Source: Macrostomum lignano (lineage: Eukaryota). Taken from it: a stretch of 64,000 nucleotides of DNA. Below are positions 36,885-47,889 of this stretch, piece after piece. The stretch is from positions 62,001 to 126,000 of the forward strand of contig NIVC01002878.1 of NCBI GenBank assembly GCA_002269645.1, read 5' to 3'. The position numbers and the translations under genes are program-made. The first letter of the stretch is position 1. The number at the start of each line of letters is the position of its first letter. The notes beneath the pieces were generated by a model that was not told where the DNA came from, did not search any database, and saw only the letters and a program-made list of their open reading frames with translations.

Positions 36885-38849
36885 CTAATCCCTGTCGCCC
36901 GTTAGAGGCACAACGTGGAAACGACTTTCTGCGTCAGTTGCTTCGGTATCCAGATTTTTTGAAGGCCAAATCCAGCATTTGCGTTGCGGCACACCACTAG
37001 TGACAATCGATGTAAGGCGGTAAATCCCAATTCCAAGCGTGAGGGATTCGTATGGGTACGAGTAAACGTCACTCTCGGGAAGAAGAATCCTGCCAGAAAC
37101 TAGTCCACTTGCTGAAAGGCTGTCGATGTAGACGCACGTATTGCAGGTTTCATCGACAAAACAGCAGTTGTCACCTGCTGTCGGCCGGTATCTTAGTGCC
37201 GGAATGCTGTGGTTTTGAAGCAGCGTTTGCTTTCTCACCTTAAAAACTTGTTGGACGCAATGGGCTGCAAGGTGCCTTGTGACTTTAATGCTTCGCTTCA
37301 CTGCACCCAGATAGTTTTCAAATGCAAACGTTGAGAAGTAATTAATATCTGCGTGTTGCCGCACGAACTGATCTAAATGAAGCAAAGCATGAATGTTATA
37401 ACTAACGGACTGCTGTCCAAAAAGTTCCGCTGTTTTTAATACGAATTCTTCAATACATTTTTTAGCGTGGTCATACAAGTCGATCAGCCGCCTATCAGAG
37501 TAGACATATAGAGCAAAGTGCAGAAGCAAGAAATGATTAATATATTTTTCCTGCACGAAGCCTCGAAACAGAATCGGTCCCAAATAAAGTAAAAATTGGC
37601 GAAATTCTGTTGCTTTCATGTACTGTAAGTTTATATCAATTCGCCGAGGCCGTCTCTGAAACTCTGACGGTGTCCACGAAGCAACCAAAGTGATCTTATC
37701 CGACATTCGGCGCAACTGTGTCGGATTAAGCTTGCATTCACCGGCTGGTCCTTTGCCAAAGTATAAGTTCATTAGCTTGCGAACAACACCAAGACAAACA
37801 GCATGCTGATAATCAAGAGGAAAAGACGTGACAAAATCTATGCTCGGCAAATCCAGTAGCGGAGAACGAATCCTGCTTTTTGTTTCCTGGTTCCTCTCCA
37901 TCCCTGCGCGATAGATCTTTCCGCAGCGGCTTTCTCCAGCCGTCAGTGCATAAGTCACACGGTTTGCAACACGAGGCCCTACCGCTCGGCAATAGCTGCA
38001 GCCATGATAGGAGTTGTGATTCAAGGTTGCCATTAAAAATGCTCGGGCGGGGGCGTCGCAAACGAAATAAATTGTTGATAGAGTAATGGAGACGTCTTTA
38101 CTAATTGTGACAGGACCAGAAAGAAATTTTGTGGCCTCTTGGCAAAATTCTTGAAGGTAGGGCAAAAGTGGAGGTTTTCCAACGCCGGCCCAAACTCCCA
38201 CCGGAAAAGGCTTTGCGAATGCGCCAGGAATTTTCATTAAAATAGGCCACAGTCCGAATCCACTCGAATGGTAGAGTGGTAAACCATCGCAATTGACGAT
38301 TCCTTCGAACTTAAACACTTTAGGAGTGGAACTTTGATCATCACGGTGCTCATTCTCGGGCATCAGTCGCAGCAGACCTTGGCTGAGCAGCAACTGCAGG
38401 TTATCAAGAATCGACACATACCGGAAGTGTCCATTGCCCATTGGAGTTGTCTTTCCAGTGGGTTGATCTTCTTTCAGAATTCGCTCGACTGTTTTATAGT
38501 TAGGTGCTGGCAAATCAATCGCACGAAGTCCGGCCAGTAGGAAAATAGCCGCTGGTCTGGAATAGCCAAAGATGGTGAAGAAACTGACCAGCAAGTCCAG
38601 CAGTTTCTTCTCTGTTGAGCGAATATCCTGGGGTTTCTCTTCCTCTTCATCGTCAGTGCTGCTCAACGACCGAAGCTCATCAAAGCCAGCTTCTTCTTCC
38701 TCAACTTCAGCAGTTTCTGTCGGCTCCTCCGTGACATCAACTTCTACAGGGCTAGCTTCAGGCATTGCTTTGCCATAGCCGACATCGTCCCGGAGAAACC
38801 TAGTCATTAGGAAATCATCCGCTCTTCTTCGTTTGCTCCTTGATGCCAT
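36885..38849 (-). CDS. EnSpm/CACTA transposase, 654 aa, uninterrupted
   Basis: Motifs NCDGLPL..WPI, FVCDAPARAF, HNSYHGCSYC, DYQHAVCLGV, PSEFQRRPR, MKATEFRQFLLY, YNIHALLHL and FAFENYLG, characteristic of CMC/EnSpm DDE transposases. Confidence 0.92.
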   Translation of the reverse strand: MASRSKRRRADDFLMTRFLRDDVGYGKAMPEASPVEVDVTEEPTETAEVEEEEAGFDELRSLSSTDDEEEEKPQDIRSTEKKLLDLLVSFFTIFGYSRPAAIFLLAGLRAIDLPAPNYKTVERILKEDQPTGKTTPMGNGHFRYVSILDNLQLLLSQGLLRLMPENEHRDDQSSTPKVFKFEGIVNCDGLPLYHSSGFGLWPILMKIPGAFAKPFPVGVWAGVGKPPLLPYLQEFCQEATKFLSGPVTISKDVSITLSTIYFVCDAPARAFLMATLNHNSYHGCSYCRAVGPRVANRVTYALTAGESRCGKIYRAGMERNQETKSRIRSPLLDLPSIDFVTSFPLDYQHAVCLGVVRKLMNLYFGKGPAGECKLNPTQLRRMSDKITLVASWTPSEFQRRPRRIDINLQYMKATEFRQFLLYLGPILFRGFVQEKYINHFLLLHFALYVYSDRRLIDLYDHAKKCIEEFVLKTAELFGQQSVSYNIHALLHLDQFVRQHADINYFSTFAFENYLGAVKRSIKVTRHLAAHCVQQVFKVRKQTLLQNHSIPALRYRPTAGDNCCFVDETCNTCVYIDSLSASGLVSGRILLPESDVYSYPYESLTLGIGIYRLTSIVTSGVPQRKCWIWPSKNLDTEATDAESRFHVVPLTGDRD

Positions 38850-39224
38850 GACGTATAATTACGTTTCCGTTTCGTTCAATAAAATTTTAAACAAATAATC
38901 AAATTTGAATGATCAAGAATTTCTAATCAAAATTGTAAGATGAACAACACCAACACTCTGCCATCGCCCGCACTGAGCGCTTAGCCAATCCAGCGAAAGG
39001 GCGGGCCAACCGCAATCGGATCCCATTGGCTAATTTGCTGAATGGTGCCACTGCCACCCCGATATTTGAAACTATGACTTGTCTTCTTAACTTCCAACTG
39101 CTCTACTACCTTCCCCCGTGCAATTGTCGTGCGATCTGCGTGCTTTGTCAATCCAAAAAATCATTTTTTAAGTTTAAAAATGAAATTTTTAGTTGTTTTT
39201 GCAATTGACAGACAAGTAGTTGAG

Positions 39225-41520
39225 ATGATGGAAGAGGATGTGATTCTGCCTTCACATCTAAAAAATCTGACAGAGCAGGAGTGGCTCGATAGGAGCCATT
39301 GTACATTAAAATGGAAATGTGAAGTGCTGTACAACGAAAAGTATTACGAAGCTTACATTGTTCAGGTAAGAATTTAACAATATTTTATTGATTTTCTGAT
39401 TTTCGGTGATTTTAAAAAAAATGAACTAATGAAATTGATGCATAAAAATTCAAGAAATAACCTACAAATCATTTTAGGTTATTATGGAAGACTGTCTGGA
39501 GGCCAGCAGCTTCAGCTACGCAAGAGAATTAATTAGGAAGAAGAAACGGCTAGCCGATGTACTAGAGAAAGTGCAGCCACGCGTCTTCACCCGCGAAGAT
39601 TGGAGAAGGGCCCGCAGCCGTTATCAAATAAGGGTAAGCTGTTATTCCAAGTCAACTAGTGGGTCAGTATGTGGGTGAGTCAGTGGATGAGTGGTTCAGT
39701 GAGTAGTTTGCCTTCCACATCCTCCTATTTAGAATGAGGCAACTGGATCAGCCTCAAACACGGATGATTTCTTTCAAAGCGATCCGGAGTCTGATGCTGA
39801 ATTTGTTGCCACGACGAATTCGACGATTTCGAAAGGCTCTGCATTGCCGCCACTTCCACCGGCATTTGCTGCTGCTAGAAACGCAGAGACCCCAGCAGCG
39901 GTTGCGGCAGCGAAAGAGATCGAAGCCTCTAAAAGTGCGGCCTCCACAGCCGCAGCTGCGGAGGCTTTAGCGTCAGAAGCGGCAGCGCCCGAAGCGGCAG
40001 CGGCGGAAGCGGCAGCGGCGGAAGCGGCAGCGGCGGAAGCGGCAGCGGCCGAAAGGGCAGCGGCGGAAGCGGCAGCGGCGGAAGCGGCAGCGGCCGAAGC
40101 GATAGCGGCGGAAGCGGCAGCGGCGGAAGCGGCAGCGGCGGAAGCGGCAGCGGCAAAAGCAGCACAGGCGGCGGCGGCGAAGGCGGCAGCAGCGAAGGCG
40201 GCAGTGGCAAAAGCGGAAGCGGCAAAGGCAGCTGCAGAGGCGTCGACGATTCAAAAAACTCTACTGAGCACTGCTGCTGATGCTGGCACACCTGCTGCTG
40301 GCACAGACGATCGGCCAGTCCGCTTGCAGTTCGGGCCGGGCCCAATCAAGAGGCTGCAAGAACAGCTTCAGTCTATTGCGCCAATGCCCTTAAATTCCGC
40401 TGACGGCCTCGTATTCCTCCATGTATCTCAGCTGCGAGAGCTGGTCCAGCGGACAATGAAACTGGAGGAAAGCCAGCAGCAGATAATCAACATACTGGCT
40501 GGAATTCAGGCCCGTCTGGATCAGCGGGCAGGGCAATCAGCCAGCTTGCTGTTTGAACCTCTGAGTTCACTGGAGGAGTATGCTCGCTTCCTCGCTGATT
40601 TGCCTTCTGAGCGAGTTTTGACTTTGGTAAGTTTCAGTGTTAACCTATTTTAATTAAAAAATTCCCCTACTTGCTACTGCTTCTGAGGAGTAAGTAGTAA
40701 AAGTAGTTTCGTTTCTATATTAATCGAAATTAAGCTGGAACCCAACTTACTGTCACTTCCCTCAGATTAATCATCTCCGTCTATGCCGGCGCGGAGATTG
40801 GGCAACTGCAGTCACCGACATGGTCAATGTCATCCTGACGCCCCGACTGCAAGCACTTGTCAATTTCAATGGACAGGGCATGCGGAACAGGGTGTGCCAG
40901 TCTGGTGCAGCCACGGAGCTATCCGATCGGGAGCTCGCGTTTCAATCCAAGTTTTTGGGCTACATCCAAGGTACGATATTCTGTTATTAAGCTAAATGCA
41001 GCTAACCCTTCTTGCAATCTGTAACCCATAAAAACAATTATAATTATAATGCTTATTTTACACGGATATAGTCATTTTATACCACAATCTTGTATAGTTA
41101 TCGACCTATTTTGCATCCCTTGTTGGAATTGCAGATGCCGTCTCAGCAATTTACGGCACCAGAGCGGAGGACGGCAGGCCGTCTCAGGATCTGGTCGCTA
41201 GCCAAGTGCGGCAGTACCTGAGGCACGGAGCTGACCGAATCTCGGGGCGGTCGCATCGCCGCAACACAATCGGTGCCATGACGCCATCAAATTCAATCAG
41301 CGCAAGAAGCGCAGCCTCGACTCCACAAGCCAGCGGGCTTTCGCAGGCCACCACATCTGCTACGCCGCAGCGGGCCCAGAAGCGGCCAGCTCCTACTCAG
41401 CAGCAGAGGGCAGCAAAGCGCCGCAGTGCGAATGTAAACAGAGCTGTTCGAGAAATGGATGATTTGATGGGGTCGAGTGACGATGAGTTTCGGTGTCCTT
41501 CCGACTACAGTGACGATTAA
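39225..41520 (+). CDS. EnSpm second gene, DUF4806-like protein, about 593 aa. Exons 39225-39365, 39478-39633, 39733-40626, 40766-40970, 41135-41520
   Basis: All four introns are GT-AG and in frame (phases 0,0,0,1). C-terminal PLSSLEEYARF...INHLRL...VNVILTPRLQALVNFNG...VRQYLRHGADR matches my recollection of DUF4806 (PL.t.ee...W.RhA.dR). The start codon is uncertain because an acceptor lies at about 39211. Confidence 0.72.
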
Positions 41521-41786
41521 ATGCGTAATATAGTTAAAATAGTATCAGAAATGTGAAAGCCTATAGGCTAATTAAGGTGCTTTTGTAAGATACTGAGCTT
41601 AGAAGAGTTGCTGCTTAGTTATGCATAGATACGCATAGGTCCGGGGTTTCAAGTCGGTAAAATAGGGTGGGGGACCTCACATCGTTCATTTGTTCATTTG
41701 TTCCCCTATTTGATTAAAAACTTCTGATCGTTGCACGGGCCGCTACTGTGGCTGGCTGAAGTGGAGGAAAGTTAACAACTGACTCG

Positions 41787-42015
41787 AAGTGTCGGATCTG
41801 GAATTTCATTTCGGGGGTCCCAGTGTGGGGGCGCCATCAAGAGTATGAGGGGCGCCATTTTTAAGCTAGGGGGGCGCAAAAAGTGTGTTAAAAGTAAAAA
41901 ATGAAGCTATGCACAAAAAACTTAGGTTTTTAAACTTAGATAAAAAAATATTTTTTATCAAGCTATTTTGATAGGGGGCGGCCGCCCTAATGCCCCCCCC
42001 CTCAATCCGCCCCTG
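41787..42015. mobile_element. Short hAT-type MITE nested in the EnSpm right arm (229 bp)
   Basis: Right end ATCCGCCCCTG and degenerate left end AAGTGTCGGAT. Flanking 8-mers CTGACTCG (41779-41786) and CCGACTCG (42016-42023) match 7/8. Confidence 0.65.
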
Positions 42016-43439
42016 CCGACTCGCTTCACTCCTGATTTTGCTAATATTCATTTGTAATTTCTTTTTTAAAGAATTATTGCGCTTATTTATAAAATGTTTT
42101 AATGCCTTAAAATACTTGCAAATAATTAAAATACACGAACTACCTATGACTTAAATATACATTACGGAGTTGCCTGCACCAGTAGGAACAAAACGAAGCG
42201 AACAAGTCTTTGAATCATTCTAATAGCCTTAATTACGAAGCCAGTGATCGCTAATATCCCAAAATCGAAAAATCCAAAAAGCAGAAAAATCGTGAAAAAA
42301 ATGCTGAGTGAATGCAGCAAAAAAGAAATTTGTGCTAATTCTACTACTAATAGTAGGCTTATGAGCAAATTTCATCAGGCTCCGCCCAGCGGCGCCGCCC
42401 CGGACGCCGGGGCGGAGGTCACGTAGCTCCATGGGGCGGCCGTCGCCCAAAAAAGGGCGGAGGCGCGGGCGGACATCGGGGCGGACGGAAAAGTCCCACT
42501 GGGATCTATGATAGTTGTGACAATCTACAGAATGGTACATCACAAATACAATACATACATATACAAATAACAGCTGTTGTGACTGCACTGCCTATAAAAG
42601 TAGCGTAGTAATTTATTAAGCTCTAAATATTAAAGCTCAAATTTAAGTGAGCTACTGCCACACATTACCTGTTGATTGTTGACTGGAAAGCAAATAATAT
42701 GAGTTGTCTCTCGCATTGTTAATTAATTAGTTAGTTAGTTAAATTGCCTGTTGGATTTGAACCTGTGAACTTGTACAGTTTGAGAGCTACGCAACTTTCT
42801 GCAACCAGGTGTGCTTGCAAGCATTTAAGCTGGGCTGCACCTTCTTATCGCTGAGAAACTTTTCTACCCAAACCCGTCTGGCCCCGGCAGTTGCTAGGGG
42901 CCACCATTCTTACAGACTGCATTCTATACAGCTTCTATATAGTCATTTCCATTTCTGCAAGCTGCATAAAATGGATGGAAATTGCACATAGTAAGGCATT
43001 TTCTCTGTCAGCTCTTTACCTCTCCCGACGGGCGCTCGGCCTCGCCCTCAGCCTCAGTCTGCATCATGCCTTTATAAAAACTTTTTGCCAATTTTAGCTG
43101 CAGAAATTATGATGGGGCTTTTTTATACATGTATACACTGCCGTTCCGGACTAGACTGAAAAAGTGCATCCCAAAATAGATTGTTATATTAGTATAGAAG
43201 CTATTTTGAATAATATAGGCCTCATCTATACTACATGTATAACTTGTCTGGTTATAGATTAAAGTACAGGTGTGTACAAATGATTCATATGCATCGTTGA
43301 AAAAGGCTAAAAACTACTATAATCGTTTCTTTGTTAATGGCTTCATTAATGGCTTAAAAGATTACGGCACCATTTAAAAAAGCAGCTTGCCACTTCTAGA
43401 AAAAGTGTGCCATATCTAGCTGGAAAGAGTGACATTTGA

Positions 43440-44340
43440 ATAGCCATTTCCAGAGAGTCCCATTTCCAGAGAGTGCCATTTCTAGAAAGAGTGCCATTTT
43501 CTGAAAGTGCCATTTCCAGAAAGAGTGCCATTTCCTAAAAGAATGCCTTTACCTGAAAGAGTGCCATTTCCAGAAAGAGTGCCATTTCCTGAAAGAGTGC
43601 CATTACCTGAAAGAGTGCCATTTCCAGAAAGAGTGCCAGTTCCAGAGAGTGCCATTTCAAGAAAGAGTGCCATTACCTGAAAGAGTGCCATTTCCTAAGA
43701 GTGCCATTTCCAGAAAGAGTGCCATTACCTGAAAGAGTGCCATTTCCTAAGAGTGCCATTTCCAGAAAGAGTGCATTTACCAGAGTGCATTTTCCAGAAA
43801 GAGTGCCATTTCCTAAGAGTGCCATTTTATAAAAGAGTGCCATTTCATAAAAGAGTGCCATTTCCTAAAATAGTGCCATTTCCTAAAAAAGTGCCATTTT
43901 ATAAAAGAGTGCCATTTCATAAAATAGTGCCATTTCATAAAAGAGTACCATTTCCTAAAAGAGTGCCATTTCCAGAAAGAGTGCATTTACCAGAAAGAGT
44001 GCATTTACCAGAGTGCCTTTTCCAGAAGGAGTGCCATTTCCTAAAAGAGTGCCATTTCATAAAAGAGTGCCATTTCCTAAAAGAGTACCATTTCATAAAA
44101 GAGTGCCATTTCATAAAAGAGTACCATTTCCTAAAAGAGTGCCATTTCCAGAAAGAGTGCATTTACCAGAAAGAGTGCATTTACCAGAGTGCCTTTTCCA
44201 GAAGGAGTGCCATTTCCTAAAAGAGTGCCATTTCATAAAAGAGTGCCATTTCCAGAGAGAGTGCCATTTCCTGAAAAGCATGCCATTTCCTGAAAAGCAT
44301 GCCATTTCCGGAAAGTGAATGCCATTATCAGAGAAAGCAT
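43440..44340. repeat. 18-bp minisatellite (AAGAGTGCCATTTCCWGA) with a 176-bp higher-order duplication
   Basis: Tandem units; a variant block recurs near 43972 and 44148. Confidence 0.93.
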
Positions 44341-44839
44341 GTCATTTTCGGAAAAAGGCATGTCATTTTCAAACGGAAAGTGCAATTTTCAGAAGTGTTT
44401 CCGGAGAAAGAGTACCATGTGCGTTTTCAGATTGAGTGCCATTTTTAGAAAAACTGCCATAAACAGGAAAAAAGCGTCATTTCCAGACGAATCCTGCCAT
44501 TATGTGTCAAACAGAAGCTTCTGTAACCCATAAGAAAGTTTTAAATACGTGTAATTAATTTAAATCTACGCAACAAAAAAGCTACTATGCACACTCTTCC
44601 GTACAGCACTACTCGTTGGCCATCAGCAGTAGTAAAGCCAGGAACATATTTTACTTATAGTTTTACAATCGAAACGATTTCAGGGCGTTATTCGCCGTGA
44701 AAATCTTGTGAGAATATTCTCACGCCTTGCTTAAACTGTATATTATTCAGAACACTGCCATTAGATGGAGTCACTGTGTAACAAAAAGTAGAACTCAACA
44801 CTTTGAGCAAAACATATAATCAGACTCAAATCTGAAACC

Positions 44840-46429
44840 ATGGGCGCCAGATCGACAAAAGCTAAAATACTTCGCTGGTTGGTTTTTATGGGCGGCGTCA
44901 GCGCTTTGATCTCCGGTATTGGATCCTTGATCTTGAATTTCTGGCGTATGGGAGAGTGCAGCACCAATCCTGCGTGCAAGTGGCACCAGGGAATGCCGTG
45001 GACTTATCACAGCTACGTCGGTGAGTCTGCGCTAGTGAGCAAGCATATTATTCAGGGTGAAGATTGCAACCTCAGTGCTGAGTATTCAGGGTGAAGATTG
45101 TAGCCTCAGTCCTGATTATTCAGGGTGAAGATTGTAGCTTCAGTCCTGAATATTCAGTGTGAAGATTGCAGCCTCAGTCCTGATTAATCAGGGTGAAGAT
45201 TGCAGCCTCAGTCCTGACAATATTCAGGGTGAAGATTGTAGTCTCAGTCCTGACAATATTCAGGGTGAAGATTGTAGTCTCAGTCCTGACAATATTCAGG
45301 GTCAAGATTGCAGCCTCCATCCTGAAAATATTCAGGGTAAAGATTGCAGCCTCAATCCTGACAATATTCAGGGTGAAGATTGCAGCCTTAGTCCTGAATA
45401 TTCAGAATGAAGTTTGTAGTCTTAGTCATGAATATTCAGAATGAAGTTTGTAGTCTTAGTCCTGAATATTCAGGGTGAAGTTTGTAGTCTTAGTCCTGAA
45501 TATTCAGGATGAAGTTTGTAGTCTTAGTCCTGAATATTCAGGATGAAGTTTGTAGTCTTAGTCCTGAATATTCAGGATGAAGTTTGTAGTCTTAGTCCTG
45601 AATATTCAGGGTAAAGTTTGTAGTCTTAGTCCTGAATATTCAGGGTGAAGATTGTAGCCTTAGTCCTGAATATTCAGGGTGAAGTTTGTAGTCTTAGTCC
45701 TGAATATTCAGGATGAAGTTTGTAGTCTTAGTCCTGAATATTCAGGATGAAGTTTGTAGTCTTAGTCCTGAATATTCAGGATGAAGTTTGTAGTCTTAGT
45801 CCTGAATATTCAGGATGAAGTTTGTAGTCTTAGTCATGAATATTCAGGATGAAGTTTGTAGTCTTAGTCATGAATATTCAGATTGAAGTTTGTAGTCTTA
45901 GTCCTGAATATTCAGGATGAAGTTTGTAGTCTTAGTCCTGAATATTCAGGATGAAGACTAACAACCTAAGTTTGTAAAACTCTACCAAGAATTCCGGTTA
46001 GTTTCGTAGACTCTCCAAAAATTCAATTTTTATTATTTGCAGCTTAATAATAATTATTAAATACAACCGCAAATAAATCATTGCAATCAATCCACAGCAT
46101 TCCCATTGGCGGTGCTGATATTTGCTGTCCTGTCCCTGCTGGTAGTCCTGGTCGTGATAATCATTGTCCTAGTAGAGCTGTGCGCTCCAAGAATCAAACT
46201 CAACGTTCGAGTCATGTGGTCGGTCGTGATCCTGCTAATCGTGTCAGGTGTACTGTTCCTCATCACCTGGATTCTGTACATCATCTGGTCGGACTATCAA
46301 GGAGGCTACCCGGCATTCAGCTTCTGGTTCTGGGTGATGGCCAATATAAATTTATTCCTGAGCGCCCCGGTGTACCGGCTGGCTATGAAGTGGGACGAGC
46401 AGCGCGGCACCAAACGAGGATTCCGTTGA
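44840..46429 (+). CDS. Claudin/PMP22/EMP/MP20-superfamily 4-TM protein, 170 aa. Exons 44840-45020 and 46098-46429
   Basis: GT-AG phase-1 junction. Four hydrophobic segments. First loop has W..., two Cys and HQGMPW (GLW-like). GYPAFSFWF precedes TM4 (like Y-G-W-S-F). Confidence 0.68.
45045..45960. repeat. 34-36-bp minisatellite (GAATATTCAGGATGAAGTTTGTAGTCTTAGTCCT) filling the claudin-like intron
   Basis: About 26 tandem units; 36-bp variants on the left, 34-bp on the right. Confidence 0.95.
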
Positions 46430-47059
46430 CTTTTTTCTGACTAACAAACAATATTTAACTGCCGAGTGATCAACATGCTACTCATAACAGTAATATAACA
46501 AGATAAAGTACAATTCTGAATGATAAAAATTCACTTAAAAATTGCTTAAATTAAAACTAACACTTGATCACCATTTAGATTGTGTTCAATATGTACACGG
46601 GCGATGCAATTCCTAAAATAAATATTCAACTACTTTTCAATTACTGCAAGTAATATAGTGGATTTAATGTTGATTTTTTTCAATAGACGTATATATTTAC
46701 AGCGATTGATGCTTGAAAATTTGTGTCAAAAAGTTTGATAGACATGAAAATGGAGAAAATTTTACTTGTGGATATATATATGAAACATTATTTATTACTA
46801 AATGCCCTACAAAAATACAAAGACCGAATATAAAAATATTGTTGAACTTGCTTATTAAAAACTGACTTTTTTAAAAATCATATTCAGCTGCCACTACTAT
46901 AAGACATCCAAATGCGGTGTTAATAAAATAAAATTCAATTTAGTTTAGGAACTGTAAGTTTAACAAACGGGCATTTGGCAAATGCACAGCTATAAATTGG
47001 CTAAAATGTAGAGATTAAAACATGGGAAAGGCCAGAGAGATAAGAGATAAGAGAAAGAG

Positions 47060-47505
47060 AGACTGAGATGAGATCTGAAACTGAGATGAGAGGCCTTAGA
47101 CAGAGATTAGAGATATCAAATCAAGATAAGAGATATCAGACTGCGATGAAAGATCTCAGACTAAGAAGAGAGATCACAGACTAAGATGAGAGATGTCTGT
47201 CAGACTAAGATAAGAGATGTCAGACTAAGATGAGAGATCTCAGACTAAGAAGAGAGATCTCAGACTAAGATGAGAGATGTCTGTCAGACTAAGATAAGAG
47301 ATGTCAGACTAAGATGAGAGATGTTAGACTAAGATGAGAGATCTCAGACTAAGATGAGAGATCTCAGACTAAGATGAGAGATGTCAGACTAAGATGAGAG
47401 ATCTCAGACTAAGATGAGAGATCTCAGACTAAGATGAGAGATCTCAGACTAAGATGAGAGATCTCAGACTAAGATGAGAGATGTCAGACTAAGATAAGAG
47501 ATCTG
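47060..47505. repeat. 20-bp minisatellite (CTCAGACTAAGATGAGAGAT)
   Basis: Tandem units between the claudin-like and INCENP-like 3' ends. Confidence 0.94.
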
Positions 47506-47889
47506 GGAGAGATAAAAGCCGCCAAAGTGAGATTGTAAACAGCTCTCACAAGAGACGCAGCTAAAAACTTACGGACGCAACACAAAAGTAAGAGTACATT
47601 TTTGCAGTTCAAAACAGATGTAAAAAGGCAGACTAATTAATTAGAAATTTTATACAGAACTAAACAGATACAATAATATTGCTAAACAGTTGATATGAAG
47701 TAAAAAACAAGCTACTGACAACAAGTAATACGGTATATATGGCACTAATTATTCTTTTTTGCAAAAAAGGATGGTAGAATGTCCTACTTTCTACTCACGC
47801 GATTGAGTAGGCTAGTGAGGACATGGATTTTTCTTTTTAGAATTTTATAATAATTATAAGTATTGATAGGTGATAATTACGCATAATTG

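Larger units (their letters stand above)
33115..42503. mobile_element. EnSpm/CACTA (CMC superfamily) DNA transposon, apparently full length, 9389 bp
   Basis: Perfect 11-bp TIR CCCAGTGGGAC (33115-33125) and GTCCCACTGGG (42493-42503), fitting the CMC consensus CMCWR. 2-bp TSD AT. GGGCGG/CCGCCC subterminal repeats at both ends. Internal EnSpm transposase ORF. Confidence 0.9.

Noticed and set aside
39929-40345. Minus-strand Pro/Leu and Cys/Arg repeat ORFs
   Set aside because: Antisense shadows of the EAAAA coding repeat.
43020-43067. ATG exon MMQTEAEGEAERPSGE with donor GAG|GTAAAG as first AKAP7-like coding exon
   Set aside because: Nearby acceptors at 42900-42965 give stops and phase 0 does not fit the micro-exon. 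It may be a UTR exon or uORF.
43346-44533. Repetitive ORFs (SGNGTL, KRVPFP, KECHF)
   Set aside because: Translations of the 18-bp minisatellite in several frames.
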